Source: Lepidodermella squamata | Taxonomy: Eukaryota > Animalia > Gastrotricha | Assembly: GCA_047495785.1 (NCBI GenBank) | Contig: JBLDXI010000011.1 | Span: forward strand, 558,001-622,000 | Length of the DNA stretch: 64,000 nt | Reading direction: 5' to 3' | Shown here: in pieces, positions 37,284 through 49,089 of the stretch | Numbering within the stretch: position 1 is the first letter of the stretch | Layout: every line of letters begins with the position of its first letter | Notes under the pieces: generated by a model | The model's input: only the letters and a program-made list of their open reading frames with translations | Database searches by the model: none | What the model was told of the DNA's origin: nothing | Program-made: the position numbers and the translations under genes

Positions 37284-38499
37284 TCAGACTTCGACGAATC
37301 GTTCGCAAATGGCGGCGTCGATTTTTTCGATGCAAGCGCTGCTTTTCAAGTAGTAGCCAGCCGCATAGCCATCGTAGGGCTTGAAAAAGCGGTACAGGCC
37401 ACACGCACGGCCCTTTTTCGGCTCATCAGGGCCCCATTGGTAGGTGAGCGGCGTGAAATCAGCGCCGTCAATCCAGCCGTAAACTTTGAACTCGACATAC
37501 TTCAAGCCGATCCAGGCCGATTTCAAGTGAGAGTGTTTCAAAATCGATTGAATTGCCGCGTGTTCTTCTTTTGTTTTAACAGTTGCTAGTTGGCCGTTCT
37601 GATCGACACATTTCGCCTTGGCTTCGTACCAGTTGAGGCGCGATTTGATGAGGAAATAGCCCTTTTCAGCTGTCTGGCATGAATTGAACGTTTTGAAGAC
37701 GATGTTAGGCGGGAATTGGTATTCGAAGTTGCTGAAACAGCCGGTTGAATTTGAACGGCAAATTACTGTGCCATCATACGAGACGCATCGATCGAACCCA
37801 ATCTGGTGCCAAGGACAGATTGTAAAAAATTGCACAATTGTTTCGATTAAAAAAATTCAAAAATATGTATTTATTTTTTTAATTAACTAATAAATTCACT
37901 TAATTTAAATAATTAAAATTAAAAAAATTAATCAAATAATTTGAAGATGAGATTTTTAGAATACCTTATAAATTTTCAAAATTTTCCTAAAAATGTGAGA
38001 GGATTTTGTTTAATTACCTAAGAAATACTTTTATGAAAATCCCAATTGCTTAAAAAATGTGAGAGCATTATTCAATTTATGGAAATTAAACTAAATTCTG
38101 GTGTCGAGTTTAAATTTTCTTTAAAAATTCCTTAAAACTCCCCTACCCGTTAAATTAATTTTTCTTAATTTCCGATTAAAAAATCAAATAATCGAAAATA
38201 TTTTATAACGAATTATTTCATACCTCTGGCGTTGTAGTTGTCGATTCAACGGGTGTTGTCGTTTCGCATGTCGGGTGTTCGTCCCAAAACTTCGGTGATT
38301 TTCCGATGTTGATGCGGTTTATATTGCGGCTTTTGTTCTTAATCTTGATGTTAATCGCATTCGGTCTCACGGCCTGTTCGAAAACTGATAGGAAATAAAA
38401 ACCAGGTAATTAATTACTTAACAAAAAATTAGAAAATAATTTTTTACCGCAAATTGCAGGGCCGATAACAAAAACCAGATAAAACAGTGAAAGCTTCAT
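37284..38499 (-). CDS. Secreted C-type lectin domain protein; 3 exons (approx. 38499-38448, 38384-38224, ~37802-37284)
   Basis: Signal peptide MKLSLFYLVFVIGPAIC, Thr-rich linker, CTLD motifs WYEAKAKC, LATV, WIGL, WIDG, WGPDEP, ICE; no EPN/QPD or WND. Confidence 0.82.
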
Positions 38500-38799
38500 T
38501 GAAATTAAACGATGTAAAATTTAAAACGATACAAAAAGTAATAACTGCGGTTAGTAACTAAATAATTGCTAAAATGATTTAAATTGCTCAGTTTTAAGGT
38601 GTTTTTCAATTGGCATGTCGCGTGCCAATTTGTGGACCAGCCACACGATCATTGATAACCTAGATTTTGCCACTGTAAGTGCAATAAAATTTATTTACAC
38701 CCATTTTACGCAGCCAATTTATGAATGAAAAATTAAATTTTTTCCCCAATTTTTCAACATTTTATTCAGAGTTTTCTGATGAGAAATAAATATTCGGCA

Positions 38800-41172
38800 T
38801 CATTGTGTTAGTGTGCACAGTTTCTGATTAATTACGGCCATAATGTCGCGACCAAACGTCAACGCGAAGGACGTGATTGAAATCAATAAAGCTACAACAG
38901 CATTCAAAATTTGCTGTGAAATCACGTCATTTATCACAAAATTCAGCATTACAGCAGCTGCGAGTAGCGTTGAAGTATTAACCACAGCCAAACTCAACGG
39001 TTTGATATCCCCACGTTTTCTATTCCGAAACTGCACGACTACGGCTGCGAAGAAAACAATGGCCTGTAAGGCGATAACAGCTCCAAGCCAGATTTCAAAA
39101 TTTGTGCTCAAACAGGTCTCAACCTTTAGATCAAGGTAGAAATCGTTGTTTGAATCGTATATGTAGATAGGGCCATTCTTCAGACTAATTGTTTGCGTAA
39201 TAGGCCGGTCGAATCCTAGCCAAAAGGTCCCAATCAAAAAGAAAAAGAGCCAGATCGAAACCGTACAAAGAATCTGAGCCTTTCGTAAATTTTGGTAAAT
39301 TGCCAATGGAATCAGTTCCAATTGGCTGGTACTTATTGGGTTCAGCTGTATTGAAGCTCGGTATAAGGACTGCCGTCTTGGGTCAGGCCTAAATGCGGTA
39401 TCCACAGCTAAACTTGGAGATCGATGCATTATGTTACCTATACTTGGCCTGGCTTGGGACATTCGAAGGTCGATTCGAGCCAGGCGAATTAGGACTTGGA
39501 AGAAGATTCCAAGACCTTGGAACGCTAATGAAGCTAGGATACAAGCAATCCTCAAGGAGCATAGGCTATCATCGGAATTATGGACCAAAACTATGGCGGA
39601 AATGTTGGCGAGCAAGAGAGCGGTCAAAAAGCTGAATTTTGCCAAAAATTCAAGCGAATAGTATCGATGGTTATCGTGGCTGACGATGGCGCCTCTCCAG
39701 AGCATGAAAAATACTAAAATCTCCAATAAGCTCAAACCAGAGGCCAAACACTCGAAAGTAGTCACTACCTCCCTCGCAACAAACGATTCCTCAACAAAAG
39801 TAGGAGGGAAAGATATAGGAGGATTGCCATCCTTACTCTGCCAAGGCATTCTAGCGACCAGTTTAGTTACCGAATAGCTGCTTGGGTCTAAACAGTTTCG
39901 TGATGGGTCGCGGTTCACCAGGGCGAGGACTTCGTAAATTCCTTGGTCCTGAGACCAGTGAACTACCGACTGAGGCTCGTCATCAGGTTCCAACCGCCTC
40001 GACCACCTCTGTTGCCCGGTTCGAATTACGAATGGCTCTAGTTTTGCCGTAGTCGCATTAGCAATATCGGATACAAGTTTAGGATTGGTCGAGTAATCAT
40101 GCAAGGTCAAATTCAATCTCGCGAGATTTTTCTCAGTTTCGTGAAGAGAAAGTATTGCATTCAGCATTGCATCATGGCAGGTCTCTCTTATCGAGAAATC
40201 CTGCGATAAATCAGCGCCTGGACCATATTTTGCATCTAACATGGCTTCAAACTCAACGTTATCGTAGCCTAGACTCGTTTTGCCGTAGTTTTTGTGAGCA
40301 AACATGCTTTGCGATATCATAATCGTGTATTGCAGCTGTTCGATGATCATTAGCCTGGTGCAGCCTTTGATCAGGGTTGGCAGAACTCCGTCTGGGTAGA
40401 ACATAATGCTGGTCGTAGTCAAAAACACGTACCTAGCCCCAGTGAGGCCATTCAAGTAGGAAACACATAGGAACCGGATGACCAGTTCCATTGTCGAAGT
40501 CTCAACAGCAATTATTCGCAAATCGCTCGAAATGATAGATTTTATGACATTTTGGTCGAAATCCGCCACTGCGTTGATCCAAGGTACGGCTACTCCGTTA
40601 GCTATTAGGAGATTCTGCAACTCAACAGCTCCTCTGTAATCCCGAAAACTCGAAGCTGTAGTCAGAATAGCAATTCTGTCCCATTTTCCGATTTGTTTGA
40701 TGAAAACCAGCCTGGAGAATATTACAACATCTGTTGTAGCTCTCACGTGGTACAGATTGGGGTAGGTCACCCTATCTCCAGCCATGGCTGAACAACCCGT
40801 CGCGATACTGATCGTGTTGAAGTAGTGAAAGGTCGCAGCTGCTCTCTGGCAGCCAGTTGAAGACCACGGTCCAACTATAACAGGAGCTGCAATCTTCTCG
40901 AAAGCCCTCTGGAAATTTGCGATTTCTCTCAAAGCGACTAAAGAGTTGGACCCTTCATCTTTGAAAATAGGGACGATGTTGTATTCGGGTAAGATGTCTG
41001 ATCGATTGTTTGCCACATCAACAGCGACTTGCATAGCTGCCTGGCATAGTTTCCCGTTTCTAGGCTCACTGCCAGTGAATGTTATCAGCGATAATACAGC
41101 CAGGTCTCCTGGTTTTTTCAGCGATTTGGAAATTGCGAATAGAAGACAGAAGCTTAGAAAACGAGCGAGCAT
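38800..41172 (-). CDS. Intronless class C GPCR-like receptor (GABA-B-like VFT plus 7TM), twin A
   Basis: 790-aa ORF: signal peptide, AMQVAVDVANNRSDILPEY, IVGPWSS, DRVTYPNLYH, WDRIAIL, DLRII, WQSKDGNPP, 7 hydrophobic segments. Confidence 0.85.
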   Translation of the reverse strand: MLARFLSFCLLFAISKSLKKPGDLAVLSLITFTGSEPRNGKLCQAAMQVAVDVANNRSDILPEYNIVPIFKDEGSNSLVALREIANFQRAFEKIAAPVIVGPWSSTGCQRAAATFHYFNTISIATGCSAMAGDRVTYPNLYHVRATTDVVIFSRLVFIKQIGKWDRIAILTTASSFRDYRGAVELQNLLIANGVAVPWINAVADFDQNVIKSIISSDLRIIAVETSTMELVIRFLCVSYLNGLTGARYVFLTTTSIMFYPDGVLPTLIKGCTRLMIIEQLQYTIMISQSMFAHKNYGKTSLGYDNVEFEAMLDAKYGPGADLSQDFSIRETCHDAMLNAILSLHETEKNLARLNLTLHDYSTNPKLVSDIANATTAKLEPFVIRTGQQRWSRRLEPDDEPQSVVHWSQDQGIYEVLALVNRDPSRNCLDPSSYSVTKLVARMPWQSKDGNPPISFPPTFVEESFVAREVVTTFECLASGLSLLEILVFFMLWRGAIVSHDNHRYYSLEFLAKFSFLTALLLANISAIVLVHNSDDSLCSLRIACILASLAFQGLGIFFQVLIRLARIDLRMSQARPSIGNIMHRSPSLAVDTAFRPDPRRQSLYRASIQLNPISTSQLELIPLAIYQNLRKAQILCTVSIWLFFFLIGTFWLGFDRPITQTISLKNGPIYIYDSNNDFYLDLKVETCLSTNFEIWLGAVIALQAIVFFAAVVVQFRNRKRGDIKPLSLAVVNTSTLLAAAVMLNFVINDVISQQILNAVVALLISITSFALTFGRDIMAVINQKLCTLTQ

Positions 41173-43186
41173 TTGAGAGCATTGAAAACAATGAACTTGA
41201 ACTTTATCGCATTTAATAGCTATATCTTACCATATGCTAGACTATGAATTTTTTCTGGCTTTTTTGATGGAACGAAAGATCATGCGATCTCAGGAAGGAA
41301 ACGCTGGCATGTGCACTTTGAAACGTCTGGACATTTACGGCAGGAAATATCATTTTACAGTTGAGTGACTTGAGTTTCACACGAATTGTGCAACAATTTG
41401 AGAAAAACGATGGCTGAATCTACTCTGAAGTTGTGCATGATTTTTTTTGTATATAGCAGCCAAGATATGCGAGACAATATCATTGTTCTGAATGTCGACA
41501 TTATTTGCGACATTACAGAAAATGACGAGTCATTGAAACTTAGACGAAATTTTAAAAGTCTATATATGCATATATGTCTATAGTCTATATTTACTACAAA
41601 GCCTTGTTACGTAACTTTCCAAATTTGTTATCAAAAATGGCCCTTGAATGTTTGCGTTTGGTAAAAAGATGATAATGTCCCAAAAATCCAAATTTAAATG
41701 TGATCAATTGTTGACCAAGTGAGCTTTGAGTTAGTCTTGGGTTAGCCCTGACTGAAAAATGAGCCAACAGAGAAGCTCTGCCTTTTGTTGAGCCTTCTGC
41801 CCTTTCCCTGATGGAATCTGGAATCTGTATGAATATCATAGATTAGATTTATTTCAACACAAAAGATCAAACTGAAGTTTCCATGAGTTACAAAACAGCA
41901 GATGTATTGTTAAGATTGGGCCCAGACAATTCTGAGCTCCTTCATCAAATTAACAAAAATGGGCAACGTTAATGGATCTCGGATTTTGGTTATGCATGGA
42001 CACTTATCATAACGCACCACGTTTCCGACTTCATCGATCCCCCGCGCTGCTTTTCTTGTTCATAGAACGAACTGCAATGTTCATTCTCGACAATCCCTGC
42101 ACTTGCAGCACTTATTCATTCATTCCCACGAAGAGCAGCTGCCAAAAAAAAACAATCAACGTGTTTTCTACATACCAGCATAACGACGTTTATTTGATCG
42201 GAAATGAAAGAATGCGGACTGGGGTTTATTGATACAGCGCGGTGAGTAAGTTATCACATGACAACCTTCCGAAGCGCGCATCTGAAAAAACCGCAAAACG
42301 TTTGTTGACCTAAATAGAAATGCTCGTTAGATTCCACGCCGTTCTGTATCATTTTTTGTTGTAAATTTCGAATTTCCACGTTCAATACCTCAAATATTCC
42401 CCATTCTCCTTAAACAACGGAAAGCTCCATAGTATTAAAGGCATGTCTTACCGTTCGAGGTTACATTGGAGACGCCAGCTTGATTCTGCTGCCATTTTTA
42501 ATAAACAATGATGCTTCAGAGTTCAGAGACAATCGGCAGATAGTAGAAAGAATTTTTAACTGATACAAGAGCAATTGAAATTCAACATTTAAATTGTTCA
42601 AAACTCACTCTGTCAACATTGATGGCTATTAGCAGTAATTATCTCCATAATATGACATTTGACAAGCGAAAAGTGGGGTTTGGCGAATTTTTTGAAATTT
42701 CAGGACAATTCCAAAGAAAAGATTATTGAACCTCTTGAAGCTTTTTATAACTGCTTCCATAATTTCTAATTATAGAACTTCATAGACCCTAGAGGCTAGA
42801 TCCCGAATGATTGGCTGATTGAAACATTTCAAAATTTTCGAGGTGTCTCGTGCCAGGCAGGTGCCTGCATTTTCTCCAAATCCTCCACAATTTTGACCTT
42901 TTCAACTTCGATTTGACTCCAAAATCCGTCCGGTTTAGAGAGTCCGGTTTAGACGGGCAAAATGATCCACACATCGGATAAGGCCACCCGAAAACGTCCG
43001 GTTTAGACAACTTTCACTGTGGTAAGGTTCCAAACTTTCTTTACTGATCTTCAAAGCAACATGACACTCACACAATCTGCTATCCCGCCTTTCACTTGTT
43101 ATAACGGTCTTATATATAGGAAAATTATTTATAAGTGCAGAATTCGTGACCGAAATATATCAATCTGCAGTTGCTACAAAGAAGAG

Positions 43187-44383
43187 ATGGTTTTAGCAAG
43201 AACTTTCGGACCAGTTCTGATGATCATCGCGCTGGTACCTATAGCTAGCAAGGCGGATCTCGAATTCGAGACGAGCGAACTATTGCTGCGAACCTTCCGT
43301 GAATCGTGCCCATACGCTTTCTACAAGTGGCTGCCCATCTATCGATTTAATGGCTTCACAACAAGGCCCATTTATGTCGGACCGACCGTGTCGCTGAAAA
43401 AACCTGTTGATATCCGCGAAACAAGCCGTCAAATGGGAGTTCTCGCTCTCTTTGAAGTGATGTGGTATTGGCCGTGCAATATAACTGATTTCTGTGCAAA
43501 GCTTGCGCCGGTCAACATTACTGATTGCTCTGCCCCGGATGATATAGATTTCCGAATAGACGTACCGACCGACGAGGTTTGGGTTCCAAGTTTTTCCCAC
43601 ATGAACGCAGTGTCCGGGGTTAAGGCATTGACTGAGTGAGTTAGTACGTATTTTCTTCGACTGTAAATTGCCCTTTTGTTCAGGTTTAATACCCAGTCGA
43701 AGGTTAAAATCTTCCCGTTTTCCTCTACGTCAAGATGGGGCACTTCAGCCAAACTGGAATCTCAATGCTCGGAAAACACTGAAATATCTAAATTTCCGTT
43801 CGATACCTTCGAATGCACTATCGACTTTATGGGCAGGGCTACTGCTATCATAGACAGATATTCAGTCGAAATTGAATTTAAGCAAGACGAGGCAGTCAGC
43901 AGTGTTTGGACTTACAGGCGTTTTCAAAATCATTCAGATGATGGAATTAGCATCAATATTCAGTTGTCATTCAAACGCAGGCCGGGGTTCGTCGTTCAAC
44001 AAGTAATTGTGCCCTGTTACATCTTAGCCGTGCTTCAAATTCTAGGCCTGATAATGCCTGCTAAAATGCCAGACCGGCCTGTTTACAGCATCACAGTCGT
44101 CCTAGCGTTTTTCGTCATTCTCGGTATGATTTTCGAAGCGATTCCTCCCTCACCAGAGCCAATTTACCTGGTATTACTCGTCGAGGCAAAAATTAGTATC
44201 GGAGGTTTGATCACTCTGTACACACTCGTCACACTACGCTATGCGAAGCGGAAGCTATCGAATGTAGTGCTGGTGCAAGCGTTGCCTATTTCATTGGAGA
44301 GACTGGATTTAGTTGCAGCCATCGCATTTGTTGCCGTCTCTTGCATAATCGATGGAGTTCTGTTCAGAAAAATGATGGAGTGA
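43187..44383 (+). CDS. Divergent Cys-loop (pentameric) ligand-gated ion channel subunit; intron 43636-43683
   Basis: Signal peptide, VWVP, C...FPFDTFEC loop, FKRRP before M1, VPCYIL (M1), four TM segments, very short M3-M4 loop. Confidence 0.85.
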
Positions 44384-44511
44384 AACCGAGAATCATTGTT
44401 TATCTGTAATCTAATTGATTTTCTGGCAATAGATTTGATTCAATGTTTAAAATAAAAAAAAGCTCACCGCTGTCCAGGGATATCTTTGATAACTTTGGAC
44501 AATTCGGCTTA

Positions 44512-45358
44512 TGTTACGTTCACAAACTGCTTCGGAGACGCGTCCGAAGTTTCAGCCTCCGAAGTTTCGTAATCGCTCTCCAAAGTTGCGTAATCGCTGA
44601 CCGAAGTTTGATATTTTCGTTCACAAACGCGCGCACTTCGGACTGCGCGCCCGAAGTGAGAACAATAGGCGGCGCGCACGCACTGAACAAAGGACGCGCA
44701 CAAACTTCGGTTCGGAGGCGCTTCGGAGAGCAGTTGTGGGCCTCTCCGAACCGAAGTTTGTGCGTGTCCGAAGTTACTACGTACGCACGCGCGCGCGGCC
44801 ACTTGACCGCGCGAGGTAGGGCGACGACATAAATTAACTGTTCCTGTGGCATCTTTAATTCATATTATTGACTATAATTGACGAAAATGACGAAAATTTC
44901 AATTATACGGAACGCGCGCAGTAAAATCCTTGTTTTCACAAAAAAATGTCAATATAGAAATTATCGGGTGCCCTTAAAAATAGCTTATAGTGCGCGTTGA
45001 AAAAATCAATTTAATTTTTTATTTATTCTGAAAAATGGTGAATTTCGCGTCGAAATTTAGCTTTTTGTTATCGTCGTGGCATTTCGCATCTTATTATTTA
45101 GGAATTTTGAGAATTCAAGTGAAATTGAAAAAAATGTGTGTCTACCCTGCGGCCCCTTCTCTAGTTTGAGCGCGCTCGCACTCCTGTGCGCGCACTCGAA
45201 ATCTTCGGCCCGCAAACAATAGAAACTTAGGACGACTCATGCCGCGCGCGCGCGGAAATTGCCACTGATAACGTCACCGAAGTTTCGCTTGAGTGTTCCG
45301 AAGTTTCAAGTTCGGCCTCCGAAGACACCCTCTCCGAAGTTAATTTGTGGACGCACCA
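44512..45358. mobile_element. Non-autonomous DNA transposon with CCGAAGTT subterminal repeats (possibly PIF/Harbinger-like)
   Basis: Imperfect TIRs TGTTACGTTCACAAAC..CTTCGGAGA / TCTCCGAAGTTAATTTGTGGACGCACCA; many CCGAAGTT copies at both ends. Confidence 0.65.
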
Positions 45359-45876
45359 GTAGCAGGCGAATAGATTTCCAACGGCGATTGATGCTACTTG
45401 GCGCTGGCATTCTCATAGCGCTGATCTCCCAGTTTTCGAAACTTTCCGTGATGCGACAAAATTTGTTCCTGAAGCCGCGAGCCGCGAGTTTCGAAAATCC
45501 TCAGGTTCTCCAAAAGACATGACGTCAAGTTCGCTTCATGTCAGATTCTAGGATTCTCATTCATTTTTTCTGTATTTACGCGCAGAATTTCCAACCCGAA
45601 GCACGTTTTGAGAGAGGCAGACGATCACAACTCCAAGTCCCGATATAATGGTGAACATTCTATGCACAAGTTGGTTTCTATTGAATTTCTGACGAATTCT
45701 GACGGCAGGGAAATTAGGCTGACTAATGAGACAGAAATTACCCGCGCTCGTGCTTTTTCGAGCACTCATTAGACGCCGTGAAACAAGCGGTACAACCAAT
45801 TATAATGAAAGTCAGACAGAAATTTCGCACTACCCATCACACTAGTGCTATTATTTGTCACTCGATATAAGAGAAT

Positions 45877-48243
45877 ATGAAGACAATTTTGCTCACCTAC
45901 ATTTTTCTTCACGTTTCGATTGCCGCAAAGCCGAACAACATTGCCATCCTATCGCTGATAACATTCACTGGCAGTGAGCCTAGAAATGGGAAACTATGCC
46001 AAGCGGCTATGCAGGTCGCTGTTGACGTGGCAAATAATCGATCCGATATCCTACCCGACTACAACATCGTCCCTATTTTCAAAGATGAAGGATCCAACTC
46101 TTTGGTCGCTCTCAGAGAAATCGCGAATTACCAGAGAGCTTTCGTGAAGATCGCAGCTCCTGTGATAGTTGGACCGTGGTCTTCAACTGGCTGCCAGAGA
46201 GCAGCTGCGACCTTTCACTACTTCAACACGATCAGTATCGCGACGGGTTGTTCAGCCATGGCTGGAGATAGGGTGACCTACCCCAATCTGTACCACGTGA
46301 GAGCTACAACAGATGTCGTAATCTTCTCCAGGCTGGTTTTTATCAAGCAAATCGGGAAATGGGACAGAATTGCTATTCTGACTACAGCTTCGAGTTTTCG
46401 GGATTACAGAGGAGCTGTTGAGTTGCAGAATCTCCTAATAGCTAACGGAGTAGCCGTACCTTGGATCAACGCAGTGGCGGATTTCGACCAAAATGTCATC
46501 AAATCTATCATTTCGAGTGATTTACGAATAATTGCTGTGGAGACATCGACAATGGAACTAGTCATTCGGTTCCTATGTGTTTCCTACTTGAACGGCCTCA
46601 CTGGGGCTAGGTACCTGTTCCTCACTACGACCAGCATCATGTTCTACCCAGAAGGAGCACTGCCATCCCTGATCAAAGGCTGCACCAGGCAAATGATCAT
46701 CGAACAGCTGAAATACACGATTATGATATCGCAAAGCATGTTTGCTCACAAAAACTACGGCAAAACGAGTCTGGGGTACGATAAGGTGGAGTTTGAAGCC
46801 ATGTTGGATGCGAAATACGGCCCAGGCGCTGATTTGTCTCAGGATTTCTCGATAAGAGAGACTTGCCACGATGCAATGCTGAATGCGATCACATCCCTTC
46901 ACGAAACTGAGAAGAATCTCGCGAGATTAAATCTAACCTTGCATGATTACGCGACTCGTCCTAAACTTGTATCCGATATCGCTAATTCAACCGTTGCTAA
47001 GTTGGAGCCATTTGTCATTCGAACTGGGCAACAGAGGTGGTCTAGACGTTTGGAACCTGATGACGAACCTCAGTCGGTAGTTCACTGGTCACAAGACCAA
47101 GGTCGTTATGAAGTTCTCGCACTGGTGAATCACGATCCTTCGAGGGACTATTTCGACCCTGACAGCTACTCAGTAACTAAATTGGTCGCTCAAATGCCAT
47201 GGCAGACTAAGGATGGCAATCCCCCTATGTCGTTTCCTTCTACAATCATTAAGGAATCCTTTCTAGCGAGGGAGATCGTGACTGCTTTCGAGTGCATATC
47301 CACCGCTTTGAGTTTAACTCAAATCTTAGCATTCCTCATCCTCTGGAGGTATCAACTGCGATCTACGGACGATTCGCGTCCTTGCACGCTGAGATTGATT
47401 GCAAATCTGAGTTTCCTCGTATCACTCTTACTCGCAAATGTCTCAGCCATTGCTTTCGCCGAGATTGTAAATAACGGAACATGCTCTCTAAGATTAGCAA
47501 GCTGCCTTTTCAGCCTTGGTCTACACGCCCTCGGCTTGTTAGCGCAGATTCACGTGAAGCTTGTACAAAATAACTACAACATAGCACGAACGAGCAGCCC
47601 CGCATCACGTTTCGCCACAAATCTAGCATCAACATATCGTGATCGAGCGGCGACCTATTCCGTCCCGCGACAGAGTCGACCGAGATCATTCACCCAAGTT
47701 ACTCCTATCCTTACTCGGCCTGAAATCAAATTGTTCAACAAACAATTCAGAAGGACAAGAATTTCTACTTCAATTGTTTTCATAATTATCTTATCGATAA
47801 GTTTCTTCGTTCTTGCTGGGATTTGGCTTGCAGTTGATCGGCCTATCCCCACTAAGGTTAGCACAACGAATGGACCAATCTACATTTATGACTCGAACAA
47901 CGATTTCTATCTCGATTTGCAAGTTGAAACGTGTGAAAGCCGGAGCTTTATGACATGGCTCGGGCTCGTTTGCTATCTTCAAGCCATGGCTTTTCTCGCA
48001 GCTGTTGTAGTTCAATATCGAAACAGACGTCGCGGAGATATCAAACCGCTGACAGTGGCGATGGTTAATACTACAACCCTTCTGGCAGCGGCTGTTATGT
48101 TGAATTTCGTAATCAAGGAACCGATTTCAATTCAAATACTGAACTCGGTCTTTGCGCTGCTAATTTCTACTTCTTCGTTCGGGATAACCTTTGCTCGGGA
48201 GATTCGCAACTTATTGGAGCATAATTCTGAGTCAAATCAATAA
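45877..48243 (+). CDS. Intronless class C GPCR-like receptor, twin B (inverted duplicate of 38800-41172)
   Basis: 788-aa ORF; VFT almost identical to twin A; 7TM and intracellular loop divergent. Confidence 0.85.
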   Translation: MKTILLTYIFLHVSIAAKPNNIAILSLITFTGSEPRNGKLCQAAMQVAVDVANNRSDILPDYNIVPIFKDEGSNSLVALREIANYQRAFVKIAAPVIVGPWSSTGCQRAAATFHYFNTISIATGCSAMAGDRVTYPNLYHVRATTDVVIFSRLVFIKQIGKWDRIAILTTASSFRDYRGAVELQNLLIANGVAVPWINAVADFDQNVIKSIISSDLRIIAVETSTMELVIRFLCVSYLNGLTGARYLFLTTTSIMFYPEGALPSLIKGCTRQMIIEQLKYTIMISQSMFAHKNYGKTSLGYDKVEFEAMLDAKYGPGADLSQDFSIRETCHDAMLNAITSLHETEKNLARLNLTLHDYATRPKLVSDIANSTVAKLEPFVIRTGQQRWSRRLEPDDEPQSVVHWSQDQGRYEVLALVNHDPSRDYFDPDSYSVTKLVAQMPWQTKDGNPPMSFPSTIIKESFLAREIVTAFECISTALSLTQILAFLILWRYQLRSTDDSRPCTLRLIANLSFLVSLLLANVSAIAFAEIVNNGTCSLRLASCLFSLGLHALGLLAQIHVKLVQNNYNIARTSSPASRFATNLASTYRDRAATYSVPRQSRPRSFTQVTPILTRPEIKLFNKQFRRTRISTSIVFIIILSISFFVLAGIWLAVDRPIPTKVSTTNGPIYIYDSNNDFYLDLQVETCESRSFMTWLGLVCYLQAMAFLAAVVVQYRNRRRGDIKPLTVAMVNTTTLLAAAVMLNFVIKEPISIQILNSVFALLISTSSFGITFAREIRNLLEHNSESNQ

Positions 48244-48789
48244 ATTTTCACTGGAAGGCTGAACAAAATAGAAATGAGCTTGACCATAATTTGCAAAAAT
48301 AATCCTTCAAAAATTAGAGTAAAAAATCAGTCTTACTCCTACATAAATTTGAAAATCATTTAAAAAATAGGTCGCTTGAAAAAACCTTAAAAAATGAGAG
48401 AAAAATAAAATAGAAAATAGAAAAATATGCCAGAGAAATGTAAAAATATCACTAGTATGCTTCGCCCGCATTCCAAATTCTATTCCAAACTCAATGTCAT
48501 TAGGAAAAATCGAACTTCAATAGGAGCAAACAGCTGGCGTTCAATTCTTCGCTCCCATCATTGTCGAGCTTTTTCCTTCATTTGACAAATTCTTTCAGGA
48601 CATCAACTAGGCCTCCCTAATCTCTCGCTCACTTGTTCATAAAAAAAATTGAAAAACTACAAAAAAAATGAAAATATAGAGGTCAACTTGGACAGATTTA
48701 TTGGTTCGAACTCATGTGAACAAAACAGAAAAGTGACAACACATCACGGCTTCTTAGACGCGCGCGCACCCCATCAGCTGTCATCCGCA

Positions 48790-49089
48790 TCAGGCCACCC
48801 AGCAGAATTTGTTATTCAGAATCGGCGGCAGAACGTCGCAATCGTCATTGCTCGAGCACGACCGATCAAGGCCGATGTAACAGAAACGGCGCGACATGGC
48901 AGTCTCACGGCATCGCCACTGGCACAAATTCACAGTTGGATTACAGCCTGGTTGGAAGGTCGACCGACACGGGATCATGATTGTCCCGCCCAATCCTTGA
49001 GAGGCAGCTCTAACGTATCGAGGCGAGGCTACGACCAAAGTCACGTAAAGCAACGAGGCGAAAAATAAATAGCTGTAGGAGTGTTGCAT
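48790..49089 (-). CDS. Small secreted Cys-rich peptide precursor (8 Cys)
   Basis: ATG start, hydrophobic signal peptide, RYVR convertase-like site, even number of Cys in the mature region. Confidence 0.5.
   Translation of the reverse strand: MQHSYSYLFFASLLYVTLVVASPRYVRAASQGLGGTIMIPCRSTFQPGCNPTVNLCQWRCRETAMSRRFCYIGLDRSCSSNDDCDVLPPILNNKFCWVA

Noticed and set aside
44443-44852. Three overlapping ORFs of 97-129 aa
   Set aside because: They lie in the GC-rich repeated end of a non-autonomous transposon; no protein-like features
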